Positions 1 to 8,912 of a stretch of 24,945 nucleotides of DNA are shown one piece after another; within the stretch, counting starts at the first letter, position 1; each line of letters starts with the position of its first letter. The notes under the pieces were generated by a model. The model was not told the DNA's origin. It was given only the letters and a program-made list of their open reading frames with translations, and ran no database searches. A program made the translations under genes and the position numbers. The stretch comes from a virus. Taxonomy: Duplodnaviria > Caudoviricetes. The DNA lies in the IMG/VR virus record IMGVR_UViG_3300036798_000101, positions 1 through 24,945 of that record; one strand, written 5' to 3'.

Positions 1-1
1 C

Positions 2-1093
2 GCCTTCGGCGAAAAAGCCTTCGACGAATCCGTCGCCGCCGTCGCCGCCGTTACCGCCCGTCCCGCCGGGACCGCCGGAGAAATTGACATCAGGGGCGGA
101 GCCGCCCCCGCCGCCGGGACCGCCGTAACCGCCGGGACCACCCGCCACGCCCGTATTGCTGTTCCCCTCCCCGCCTGGACCGCCCTGACCGCCGACGCCG
201 CCGGGACCGCCGGGATTACCCGTTCCTCCCATGCCGCCCGCGCCGCCGTCGCCGCCGGGACCGCCGTCGAAAAAGAAGGCCGAAGGTGGCCCGCCGAGCG
301 GGAAACCGTTGCCGCCCGAGCCGCCGGGACCGCCCGGGCCACCTGGACCGCCCGGGCCCTGCGGCCCGAATACCGTACTCGGATCTCCCTGCGGACCCTT
401 CTGCGCCTGCACGTCCGCGGGATCGGGTGGTGGTCCCGGAGGCCCCTGCGGCCCCTGCGGCCCCTGCGGTCCACCCGGTCCCTGCGGACCTCTGACGCCG
501 ACGGGCCCCGCAGCGCCTCCCGGTCCCGGCGTCGTCGAGGGCGTGCCCTGCGGCCCGGGATCGCCCGTAGCCGCTGCGAGCGCGGGCGGGCTGGGCGGTG
601 GCCCCGGATTTCCGGCCGGACCCTGCGGTCCCTGCGGACCCTGCGGTCCCGGCGTACCGCTTCCCGGAGGCCCCTGCGGTCCCGGCGTCGTCGAGGGCGT
701 GCCCTGCGGCCCCTGCGGACCACCCGGCCCCGGGACCGCCGGACCCTGCGGCCCCTGCGGACCCTGCGCTCCGATCACACCCTGCGCCCCCTGTATACCC
801 TGCGCTCCGGGAGGCCCTGGCGTTCCCGGTGTTCCCGGTGTTCCCTGCGTTCCGGTAAAGCCCGCCGGAAGCGTGGCCGTCCAGCGGAGGCCGTACGGCG
901 CCGTTGAATCGGCCATCAGATAAGATCCGGCTGCGCCGGCGGGGAAGTAGCCGATGCCGCACGGGAACAGGCTGTGCGAAATGAGGAACGTGCCCGTCAC
1001 GCCGACCGGCAGCGCGCGGGGCACGGTGTCGTACGAGGCTATGTCGCCCTTCGCCGCGACTTCGGAATGCGATACCAGCCGCGCATCCGCCAT
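2..1093 (-). CDS. Collagen-like / glycine-rich tail or head fibre protein (3' end truncated by window edge)
   Basis: Not in the ORF track. ATG at 1093 lies 3 nt after the upstream stop, and the frame is open to the window edge. It reads [34 protein letters not shown]...[15 protein letters not shown] (fibre-type N-terminus), then G-X-Y triplets ([28 protein letters not shown] runs), then GGP/GGD/GGN repeats. Confidence 0.85.
   Translation of the reverse strand, partial: MADARLVSHSEVAAKGDIASYDTVPRALPVGVTGTFLISHSLFPCGIGYFPAGAAGSYLMADSTAPYGLRWTATLPAGFTGTQGTPGTPGTPGPPGAQGIQGAQGVIGAQGPQGPQGPAVPGPGGPQGPQGTPSTTPGPQGPPGSGTPGPQGPQGPQGPAGNPGPPPSPPALAAATGDPGPQGTPSTTPGPGGAAGPVGVRGPQGPGGPQGPQGPQGPPGPPPDPADVQAQKGPQGDPSTVFGPQGPGGPGGPGGPGGSGGNGFPLGGPPSAFFFDGGPGGDGGAGGMGGTGNPGGPGGVGGQGGPGGEGNSNTGVAGGPGGYGGPGGGGGSAPDVNFSGGPGGTGGNGGDGGDGFVEGFFAEG
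521..712. repeat. Exact 36-bp direct repeat (521-556 and 677-712) inside the collagen gene
   Basis: cggtcccggcgtcgtcgagggcgtgccctgcggccc occurs twice and encodes [12 protein letters not shown]. It is surrounded by many 9-bp GPQ-coding units. Confidence 0.9.
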
Positions 1094-1096
1094 ACG

Positions 1097-2407
1097 TCAG
1101 GCGTTCGGGATCAGTTCGTAGTTCGCGCCGTTCGCGATCGGGAGCGACGTGCGGCCCCCCAGCGTGTCGCCGCTGAAAGGCACGAGCGAACAGTCGCCGC
1201 CCGAGCGGTTCGCGATGTAGTACACATGCCGCTGCAGGATCGTCGACTGCTGCGGGAAGTTGACGACGTTCGCGCCCGCGGCGAGCGTGACGAGCCCGTC
1301 AGTCGGAGCCAGATTGTAGGGCGATGTCGTCACCGTGATCGCGTTGAGAGCCGTCCCGCCGAAGGGAATCCAGCCGTTGCCGACGTTGTAGAAGAGGTTG
1401 TCGAGAACGGCGTCGAAGTAGATCGCCGCAATGCCCGCCGGGGGCGACGGAGGGGCTCCGTTCATGCCGCCGTACTCGGTATAGAGAAGCGCGGCGTGCC
1501 CGTCGCCGTAGATGACGAGATCGCCGCCCGACGTCTGAAACGCCGCCACGGTCGCGGGCGTCGGGGCCTTGTCGGCGACCGAGTTGAACGTCTCCGCTGT
1601 GAACCCGGTGCCCGCGCCCCCCTTGAGCGTCACGACAAGCCCGGTGTAGTCGTACTGGAAATTGTCGTCGGCGGCGTACTTGCCGAGGCGGTTGTAAATG
1701 ATATCCCTGTCGCGGCCGGGTGCGTCGGCCCCGGGCTGCGACGTGCCGTATACGGCGACGTGCGCGTCCTGCGCCTGCGGAGGCGTCGTGTACGTGATCG
1801 TGAAGCCGTTCAGAGTGAAGTCGGTCCCGTTCTCCTGTTCGATGCCGTTCAGGAAGAGCAACAGGAAGCCGACCGGCGCTTCAGAGAGTGTAAATACAGT
1901 GTTGTTAGCGTCAATCGCGCCCGAGGGAATCTCCTGATGGATGCCGCCCGTACCGGGCGATGACGAGTCGTAGACGGCGAGCTGCCAGTCGCTCGCCTGA
2001 GGCGCTATCAGATACGTGATCGTGGTCCCGTTCAGCGTGAAGTCGTTCGCCGCGCCTTCCATCTGCTGCACGCCGTTCAGGAAGAGCAGAAGCACGTCTT
2101 CGGGAGCTTCGGAAAGGGCGAACACCTTGTTCGTCCCGTCCTGCGTTCCCGTCGGCGTCTCCTCGATCATCGTGATGCCGCCCTGGTTGCCCGGGGGTCC
2201 GCGCTCGCCCCGCGGTCCGGCCGCGCCCGCAGCTCCCTCCGGTCCCTTGTCTCCCGCCACTCCGCCGACGAAGGCCGAGATGCGGCGCAGACGGTCGTTG
2301 ATCTGGAGAATGAGCGGTTGTAAGTCCGAATTCCCGACGCCCTGCGGAAGCGGCGCGAGCGCAATCTTCGAAGCCTGTGGCGGCGCTGCGGGCGCGGTCT
2401 GAGCCAT
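1097..2407 (-). CDS. Tail fibre/spike-like virion protein with short collagen segment and two tandem beta-rich repeats
   Basis: Collagen stretch GDKGPEGAAGAAGPRGERGPPGNQG. Two ~65-aa repeats (E.P.G..D..N.VF.LSEAP...LLLFLNG..Q..G..DFTLNG.TITY...PQA.D...AVY). The start overlaps the upstream stop (TAATG). Confidence 0.75.
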   Translation of the reverse strand: MAQTAPAAPPQASKIALAPLPQGVGNSDLQPLILQINDRLRRISAFVGGVAGDKGPEGAAGAAGPRGERGPPGNQGGITMIEETPTGTQDGTNKVFALSEAPEDVLLLFLNGVQQMEGAANDFTLNGTTITYLIAPQASDWQLAVYDSSSPGTGGIHQEIPSGAIDANNTVFTLSEAPVGFLLLFLNGIEQENGTDFTLNGFTITYTTPPQAQDAHVAVYGTSQPGADAPGRDRDIIYNRLGKYAADDNFQYDYTGLVVTLKGGAGTGFTAETFNSVADKAPTPATVAAFQTSGGDLVIYGDGHAALLYTEYGGMNGAPPSPPAGIAAIYFDAVLDNLFYNVGNGWIPFGGTALNAITVTTSPYNLAPTDGLVTLAAGANVVNFPQQSTILQRHVYYIANRSGGDCSLVPFSGDTLGGRTSLPIANGANYELIPNA

Positions 2408-5400
2408 TACTCGCTCACGCTCATATCAATCTCGGCCCACTCCCATTTCGGGCTCGTTTCGTCGGCGATAAAATCCGTCCACGTCGCGAGGACGTCCGAC
2501 GTCTCGAGCGGAAAGTCGGCCCACGCCCATCCCGCCGCGGGATCGCTTACCGGGCGCGTCCACACGCGGATCCGGTAGACGCGCGCCGGCGAATCGCTGA
2601 TGAGTTTCACGCGCATCAGACGCCCGCGTATCCCGGGCGGCAGCGGTACGACCTGTGCGGCCCGCCCCGATGTCGTGAACGTCGTCGTGTACATGACGGC
2701 GAGCGGCTGCGTGTCCTGATCGGTGTACACCGTCACCGTGACGACCGCGTTCGCCCGCATGTCGATTTCAAGCCGTTTGAAGTGCCCGAAGCGTTCCGAG
2801 TGCAGATCGACCTCGAGCGCGCGGAAACTGTCATCGACGCCGGAAGGCGTCATTCCTGAAAGGTAGCGTCCGATGCGCGCGTGCCGCACCTGGACGCGGT
2901 AAAGCCGGAATCCGGCGGTTCCCGTCACTTCGAGACGCACCGAACGCGCTTCGACCCCGTCAGGCATGGGAACGAGCACCCACGCCCGCGAAGTTATGCC
3001 CGCCGTGAGCGTGTATGTGCCCTTTGAGGTCTGCGCTTCGCCCGGGAGGTCCGTAATTACCTGAACCTGAGAAGTGCCGTCCGAGTCCATCTCGAAGCGC
3101 ACCTGATCGACGGTCGAGACTTCTCCGCCCCCGAGCGCCTGCTCCATCGAGTCCCAGACGAATCCGTTCGTCGTCTCGTAGCCTTCGACGGCGATCTCGA
3201 GAACCCTCATCAGAAGCCGCGCCGAGTAGAGCCTGAAGAGGTTGACCGACGCGAGCGAGAGCTGCCAGAGGAGCCCTTCGGTGGTGGCAAACGGGTACTT
3301 CCAGATCGCGCGACCGCCCTGCGCCACGGTCGGCGACTGGCGGATCGCGAGGGCGTTGCCCGGGAGATCGCTTACGATGTTCACGCCGACGGCCCCGCCC
3401 GTCGCGTCGATGTCGAGCTGGAGTTCCTTACACTGCTTGATTTTTCCGACGCCGAGATCGGTCGGAATCGCCGACGCCACGCGCGCCGTCCTCGCTTCCA
3501 CGTAGTAGTAGAGGTAAACGTTGTGAATCGTCAGCGTGCCGCCCGTCAGGGCGTCGATGAACACGGCCATCGAGCGCGCGAGGAATCCGGCGTCCGTGCC
3601 GCCCGGGAGCCCGCCGGGAGCGAACGCGACCGACTGGCGCGTGCTGCCGGGAAGCGTACCAATCAGATACGGCGCGATCTTTCCCGCGTTGAACCCGAGG
3701 TACACCTGAGCCGCGCTGCCGCCCGTTCCGTACTCGTAGTCGATGACCACCTCGAGCCACATCTTGTCCTGTTCGGGCAGTCCGCAGTCCTCGTAATGCG
3801 AACCGTAGACGCATTCGATGAGCGTTGCGTTGTAATCGGTCGGAACGCGGCTCTGAAAGTCGGCGAGCGAGTAGCCCGCGGCGTTGTCGGCCGCAGCGCC
3901 CGTCAGGCCGATCATGTAGGTGCCGTCGAAGATGTAGCCGTAAAAGCCGGTCGTGCCTCCGAGCCCGTTGCGTTCGTAGAACCAGCGGCCCGAGGGACGC
4001 AGTAACGTCTGTCCTTCGGGCGCCGGTCCTTCGTCGAAAACGAGTAAGGGGAAGCCGCCGCCCTGTTCGGCGTACGAAATAAAGAGACGGTCGAAGGCGT
4101 GTCCGAGCGTGACGGCGTAGGCCGAGAAGGCGTACTGGTTGATGCCGGTGTTGACCGTGCCGCCCGGCAGCATCGACCCGGGCGGCTCGAGCATGGACGT
4201 ATTCGAAATCGTCGTGTTGAAGATCGGCAGTATGTCGGCGGAGAGATCGTGAACCATCGACATATCGAACAGCTTCAGACCGTTCGGCGCGACGAAGTAA
4301 TCCACCTGGCCCGCGCTCGCGAGCGCCCACTGATTCACGAGCCCCGCTCCCGAGTAAGCCTGCTCGAGCTGCGCCGAGCCCGGGTCCGAGCCTATGAGCA
4401 TCCAGATCGAACGCTGTTTGTAGAAGATGATGAGATTCGCGTGGATCGTGGCCCACACGATCGCCTCGTCGTCGAGCCCCACGTCGACCCAGTTGCCGAT
4501 CTGTTCGTCGTGCGATCCCGGCCAGTACTGCGGCTGATCCGGCGGCGTCCAGAAGACGCGGTTCGGGTGTTCCCGGGTCGACCATGCGTAGAGCCTGCCG
4601 AAGTGGGGCCCGATCATGCCCGCCGCCGCGGGCGGAAGATCGTTGTCGGCCGGCATGACGACGCCTGCGTTTACGGCGCTCGATTCGTCGACCGTCCATG
4701 TGTACGTCGTCGGCGACGAGCCCGAAGTCCAGGGGAGCTGGGCGACGCGGTAGGCTCCGGGAAGCGTGCCGCCCGAGACGTAGATGTTCAGAAAGCCCAC
4801 CCGCGGATCGGTCGGAACCGCCGTCGCCGGGATCGTTATAACGATGGTCTGGTTGTCGATCGTGATGGCCTGAGATCCGGGGCCCGGGTTCGATTCGAGC
4901 GTCAGATCGCTGCTCTGGAACGTGAAATAGACGACGTACGTTCCCTGCGGCGCCGTCCCGGGCGTGGCGCCCTGCGAAAGATTCACGGGAACGTTTCCGT
5001 CCGAGCCGCTGACGGAAATCGTCGCGTCGGGCTGAATCGGAGCGATGGTTACCTGTTGCCCGGTCCCGGGGTAGGTTACGGTGCAGTTCGGATCCTTCCC
5101 CGCAATGACCGAGATCACGAGCGCGACCTGATCCGGCCCGTAGCCAAGTTCAGGAAACGAGTACGTCGTGCCGCCGATCGAGAGGAAATGCGTGTACGGC
5201 TGCGTCTGCGGGGCGTAGGTGTAGACGGCCTGAGCGGAGACGCTGGCGGCGCCGCCCGCCGCAACTCCCGGCGAGGCCTGCGGAGTCGAAAGCGTCCACG
5301 TCTCGAAGCTCGCCGCGCCCGCCGAGCGCCCCTGATTGCCGCGGTTCATGATCCACATGAAACCGTTCATCAGCGAAAACGCCACGCGGTTGCCGTCGAA

Positions 5401-5703
5401 TCCTGACGCGATCTGCTGCCCTCCGACGCCGCCGTACCAGACGGTCCCGCCCGCGCCGGTCGAGTCGGCGTTCGCGGCGACGAAATACTCGCCGGGAGTT
5501 CCCGAAACCGCGCCCGAGTGCGCGATCCCGGCGTTCTGCATCGCGATCTTGAGCGCGTAGCCCGGGCGCGAAACGAGACGCCCGAGACTATCCGAGCGGA
5601 AGTTCTGGCAAAGGAGGTAGTCGGTAATCGGAATTTTGTCGACGGGAGGCAGACACGTCCAGCCGCCGCCGACGATCTGCATGCTCTTGCGTTCGTAGCC
5701 CAT
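2407..5703 (-). CDS. Large tail protein, nozzle/stabilisation-type (P22 gp10 / tail tubular B-like role)
   Basis: 1098 aa, beta-rich, directly after the adaptor genes. It contains NFRSDSLGRLVSRPG and GRLYAW...NRVFWT...PQYWP segments typical of podovirus nozzle beta-propellers. Confidence 0.7.
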   Translation of the reverse strand: MGYERKSMQIVGGGWTCLPPVDKIPITDYLLCQNFRSDSLGRLVSRPGYALKIAMQNAGIAHSGAVSGTPGEYFVAANADSTGAGGTVWYGGVGGQQIASGFDGNRVAFSLMNGFMWIMNRGNQGRSAGAASFETWTLSTPQASPGVAAGGAASVSAQAVYTYAPQTQPYTHFLSIGGTTYSFPELGYGPDQVALVISVIAGKDPNCTVTYPGTGQQVTIAPIQPDATISVSGSDGNVPVNLSQGATPGTAPQGTYVVYFTFQSSDLTLESNPGPGSQAITIDNQTIVITIPATAVPTDPRVGFLNIYVSGGTLPGAYRVAQLPWTSGSSPTTYTWTVDESSAVNAGVVMPADNDLPPAAAGMIGPHFGRLYAWSTREHPNRVFWTPPDQPQYWPGSHDEQIGNWVDVGLDDEAIVWATIHANLIIFYKQRSIWMLIGSDPGSAQLEQAYSGAGLVNQWALASAGQVDYFVAPNGLKLFDMSMVHDLSADILPIFNTTISNTSMLEPPGSMLPGGTVNTGINQYAFSAYAVTLGHAFDRLFISYAEQGGGFPLLVFDEGPAPEGQTLLRPSGRWFYERNGLGGTTGFYGYIFDGTYMIGLTGAAADNAAGYSLADFQSRVPTDYNATLIECVYGSHYEDCGLPEQDKMWLEVVIDYEYGTGGSAAQVYLGFNAGKIAPYLIGTLPGSTRQSVAFAPGGLPGGTDAGFLARSMAVFIDALTGGTLTIHNVYLYYYVEARTARVASAIPTDLGVGKIKQCKELQLDIDATGGAVGVNIVSDLPGNALAIRQSPTVAQGGRAIWKYPFATTEGLLWQLSLASVNLFRLYSARLLMRVLEIAVEGYETTNGFVWDSMEQALGGGEVSTVDQVRFEMDSDGTSQVQVITDLPGEAQTSKGTYTLTAGITSRAWVLVPMPDGVEARSVRLEVTGTAGFRLYRVQVRHARIGRYLSGMTPSGVDDSFRALEVDLHSERFGHFKRLEIDMRANAVVTVTVYTDQDTQPLAVMYTTTFTTSGRAAQVVPLPPGIRGRLMRVKLISDSPARVYRIRVWTRPVSDPAAGWAWADFPLETSDVLATWTDFIADETSPKWEWAEIDMSVSE

Positions 5704-6354
5704 CTACATTCCCGGCCCAAAATATTGCAGGAAAACTTTCTCGAAAAGTTTCATCCTTTCCGCACAATGGGCGGCAACTTCAGGCCTGGCGTGGTCGGAT
5801 TCCTTGGAAAGCGCGGTAGCCAAGACGGCATAAGTGAAGTAGTCCTGAGCCGCCGCAGTGATTGGAACGACGGACGCGCCCTGCGCGACGGTCGCGGGCG
5901 TCTGCTGGATGACCTGGCAGAGCGTACCGGCGACGTTCGGCGAGGGGTAGAGGAGGGCCTGCCCGGGACCGCCGACGCCGAGCACGGGGCCTGCGTCCAT
6001 CGAAAGGCGCGTCGGTACGCCCGTCTGAGCGCCCCATGCGGCCTCGAGCGCGTAGAGCTGCTCGACGTTCGTCAGCCTGAGAAGCTGGACGAGCGAGCCG
6101 TAGAGGAACCACGCCGCGACGGTGAAGACGTGGCCCGCGGGCATCGTGAGTTCCGCCTGTCCGCTCGTGACCACGACGGACGAATCGAAAACCTTGAAAA
6201 TGCCCGCCGTCCACGCGAGGCGCTTAACGGCTTCGTCGGCGAACTGGTAGAGATCGGCCGGCGGAACCCAGAGCGCGGCGTCGAGATCGGCCTGAGACTG
6301 AAAGCCGAGGCGATACCACAGATCGGCGACACTGTTCGCGACGTCGCAGGCCAT
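5704..6354 (-). CDS. Head-tail adaptor/ring-like protein 3
   Basis: 216 aa. N-terminal helices, central beta region with LYPSP, C-terminal helices. Same architecture as the upstream neighbour. Confidence 0.6.
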   Translation of the reverse strand: MACDVANSVADLWYRLGFQSQADLDAALWVPPADLYQFADEAVKRLAWTAGIFKVFDSSVVVTSGQAELTMPAGHVFTVAAWFLYGSLVQLLRLTNVEQLYALEAAWGAQTGVPTRLSMDAGPVLGVGGPGQALLYPSPNVAGTLCQVIQQTPATVAQGASVVPITAAAQDYFTYAVLATALSKESDHARPEVAAHCAERMKLFEKVFLQYFGPGM

Positions 6355-6360
6355 GCGGCT

Positions 6361-7065
6361 TTATTCGACGGGCGGGCGTCTCGAAGGCACGAGGTCTTTG
6401 CGGAGCTTCAGAAGCTGCGAACGGTCGAAGGCCGAGAATTCAAATGGTTGAACGTCGTACTGGTTTCCGCGATTTCTGGCGCGCACGTAATCGGCGCAGG
6501 CCTGCGCGGCGTCGAGGAACGATCCGAGAAGCGGAAGCGTCTGCTCGAGCGCCGCCGCGCCTTCGACCTGGCGCACGCGGTTGATCGCGTAGTCGGCGAG
6601 CTTCGGGTGGTACTGAACCGGAATCTGCGGCGCGTCGGCGTCGTTTGCGAGTGTGGCCGGCGCCTGCGCGTACGTCACGAGCGCCGTCGTCGTCACGATC
6701 GGCGACGGGTAAAGCGCGACGAGGTCGGCGCCGATACGGACGTAACGCTGCGGAGGGCCGAGCGCCAGCGGCCACTGCGCGTCGAGCGATGAGAGATCCT
6801 CGAGCCTCGCCGGTCGGACTTTCACGCGCTGCGTGTCGGCGATCCTGAGCGGCACGATCATGTCGGTGAAGACGGGTAACAGGTTGAAGAAGAGCTGCCC
6901 GGGCGTGATCGTCCAGGGCTCCGTAGTCTCGAGCACGAGCGTCAGGAGGCAGAAGAAACGCTGGCCCTCGTTGACCGCGGCGATGATTTCGGACGTCGGG
7001 TAGAACGTGGGCGTCGTTTCGTTGAGCTTGCCTGAGACGACGGTATAGAGTTCCTGCAGCGTCAA
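6361..7065 (-). CDS. Head-tail adaptor/ring-like protein 2 (tail tubular A / gp4-like role)
   Basis: TTG start overlapping the upstream TGA. MTLQEL...EIIAAVNEGQR...LYPSP...P.IP.QYH..LADYA is a common phage adaptor pattern. Confidence 0.7.
   Translation of the reverse strand: MTLQELYTVVSGKLNETTPTFYPTSEIIAAVNEGQRFFCLLTLVLETTEPWTITPGQLFFNLLPVFTDMIVPLRIADTQRVKVRPARLEDLSSLDAQWPLALGPPQRYVRIGADLVALYPSPIVTTTALVTYAQAPATLANDADAPQIPVQYHPKLADYAINRVRQVEGAAALEQTLPLLGSFLDAAQACADYVRARNRGNQYDVQPFEFSAFDRSQLLKLRKDLVPSRRPPVE
6363..6369 (-). promoter_or_regulatory. GTCGAAT motif, 8 nt before ATG 6354
   Basis: GTCGAAT-AAAGCCGC-ATG; overlaps the V-E-stop of the upstream gene. Confidence 0.6.
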
Positions 7066-8015
7066 TTCGGCCCGCCCTGGCCTGGTCCCCAGCCGCGGCC
7101 ATAGCTTCGGTCCACCCGGGCGAGACGATGCCTCGTAAACCGCGACTCCATTTTGAAAGACGTCGCCTTGCGGTTCTGCTGATGTTCGACGCGCAGCATG
7201 TCGGCCAGTTCGGCCCCCGCGCTGACGGTATAGGCGGCGGCTTTGGTCATGTCGCCGAGATGCACGGCGATTTTAGCCCGGGCGCATTCAACGATTGCGG
7301 CGTCGGTGACGAACGGCAGCGGCGATGCCGACGTGTTGGATCCGGTAAAGAAATTGGGGTTGCGGAAGTATTCGAGCCCGTACCCGCGCGAGCGGAGCGG
7401 CGGCGGGTAGAACTGAACCTGGTGGAGGACGGGCGGCGACGTTTCGGGCGTGTCGTCGTAAATCGCCCACGCGCCGGGATCCGACACCGTCGAGCGCGTG
7501 CCCCTCGAGGCGTCCATCCCGCCCTTCGTCATCTCCTCGAGCGGCAGTTCATTGACGGGGTTGAGTATCTGCGATGGCTGGGCGCAGTCCGCGGGAAGCG
7601 CGTAGACGTCCGTCATCATGACGTACGCAGCGCCCGCGTAAACGACTCCCGGCGCGTCGTAGCCCGTGCCTTCGTAGGGTCGGCCGAGCGAGAGCTGCGT
7701 CGCCGCAGTGATCGACTGGACGACGTACTGCGAATTGTCGCCGGGGCGATAGAAGAGGCGGTTCACCATCGCGGCGTTCCACGCCGTTCCGACGCCGTCG
7801 ACGACGGGCGATCCTACCGTGAGCGTGACGGATTCGGCCGGGAGCGACTGATACGCGGCGAGCGTCTGGATGACGCCGTGCGATCGCAGTCCGGTCCAGT
7901 CCGTCTTGTTGAGGATCGCGCGGTAGCACTCGTTGAGCCACTCGTCGAGCAGATCGAGCGAGACGCCCGGGGCGCTCGTCTGCAGGAGCATCCGAAGCTG
8001 GCCCCATGTGCTCAT
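7062..8015 (-). CDS. Head-tail adaptor/ring-like protein 1 with inserted beta domain
   Basis: MSTWGQLR...WLNECYRAI...W, YALPADC and QFYPPP adaptor motifs. Internal insert VTLTVGSPVVDGVGTAW...TQLSLGRPYEG. Confidence 0.65.
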   Translation of the reverse strand: MSTWGQLRMLLQTSAPGVSLDLLDEWLNECYRAILNKTDWTGLRSHGVIQTLAAYQSLPAESVTLTVGSPVVDGVGTAWNAAMVNRLFYRPGDNSQYVVQSITAATQLSLGRPYEGTGYDAPGVVYAGAAYVMMTDVYALPADCAQPSQILNPVNELPLEEMTKGGMDASRGTRSTVSDPGAWAIYDDTPETSPPVLHQVQFYPPPLRSRGYGLEYFRNPNFFTGSNTSASPLPFVTDAAIVECARAKIAVHLGDMTKAAAYTVSAGAELADMLRVEHQQNRKATSFKMESRFTRHRLARVDRSYGRGWGPGQGGPN

Positions 8016-8020
8016 AGGGA

Positions 8021-8395
8021 CTAGTCCGGGCCGGGGTAGATGCGCCGCCCGACGACGTAGACGGTGACCGCGTTCGTCTGATTGACGGGCGCGGCCAGCG
8101 TTCCCGAGCGCAGTTTCAGGTTCGTTACTCCGCTGAGAGTCTTGTCGCGGACGTCGATCGCGTAGTACGTCGATGCCGCCGTCGCGGGCGGAAGATCGAC
8201 CGGCGCGCCGGTCGAGTCGTTCAGTTCGACGTAGGAAGCGCCGTCGTCGAAGGAAATCTGATAGCTGATGCCCGCGGCTGTCCAGCCCGCCGGGAAGTAG
8301 AGGCCCGCAAGCGTGTAATCGCCGAGCAGCGCGGCAGTCGAGAGCGACTGCCCTGCCTGTATCGTCACCGGGACGCGCTTGAGGCCGATCGACAT
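8021..8395 (-). CDS. Hypothetical beta-rich virion protein
   Basis: 124 aa in the tightly packed structural operon; rich in Ala/Thr/Gly beta-strand residues. Confidence 0.65.
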   Translation of the reverse strand: MSIGLKRVPVTIQAGQSLSTAALLGDYTLAGLYFPAGWTAAGISYQISFDDGASYVELNDSTGAPVDLPPATAASTYYAIDVRDKTLSGVTNLKLRSGTLAAPVNQTNAVTVYVVGRRIYPGPD

Positions 8396-8399
8396 GAGC

Positions 8400-8903
8400 C
8401 TACGAGATCGTCACGCCCTGCGAGCGGACGAGGATCCACTTGCCGTTCGACGCCTGCACGGTGAGCGATGCGCCGGCGAACGCGGCGAACGTGGCGAGCG
8501 TGTTGCCCGCCGTCCCGGCGAGCAGATTGCCCGCGCCGAAACTGATCGTGTGCGCGAAGTTCGTCGTCGACGTAAACGTCATCGTCACGCCGTTCTGAGC
8601 CGCCGTGGGCGGCGCGACGGTGAGCGCGACCGCCGAGGCCGCGGTGATCTGGTAATTTCCGCCGGCAACGGGAACCGCGCCCGAGGCTGTAATCGCCGTC
8701 CCGAGCGAGCCCGGATTCAGCGCATAGACGACCGTGCCGTCCGGCTGACTGATCTGGAAGGCGTTCGCCGTCTGCGAGACGGGCACCTGAATGTCGAGGC
8801 CGACGTCCTTGCCCGAACCTATCGTGCGCGGATCGTGCCCCTGAGAGCCCGCCCCGCGCAGCACGATCGCAACCGGGCCGAAACTGGTTTTTTTGACCGG
8901 CAT
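8400..8903 (-). CDS. Putative head fibre/decoration protein
   Basis: GGAGG Shine-Dalgarno, immediately downstream of the major capsid gene, A/G/T-rich beta sequence. Confidence 0.6.
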   Translation of the reverse strand: MPVKKTSFGPVAIVLRGAGSQGHDPRTIGSGKDVGLDIQVPVSQTANAFQISQPDGTVVYALNPGSLGTAITASGAVPVAGGNYQITAASAVALTVAPPTAAQNGVTMTFTSTTNFAHTISFGAGNLLAGTAGNTLATFAAFAGASLTVQASNGKWILVRSQGVTIS

Positions 8904-8912
8904 TCGCGCCTC

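Noticed and set aside
340-860. Short periodic repeats as a possible CRISPR array or DGR-type repeat
   Set aside because: They are 9-bp codon-level repeats of Gly-Pro-Gln with no unique spacers. The 36-bp pair is identical, and no reverse transcriptase is present in the window.
231-923. Plus-strand 230-aa 'GPCGPC' collagen-like ORF, and minus-strand ORF 216..962
   Set aside because: These are antisense and off-frame shadows of the real minus-strand collagen gene starting at 1093, which fits the operon.
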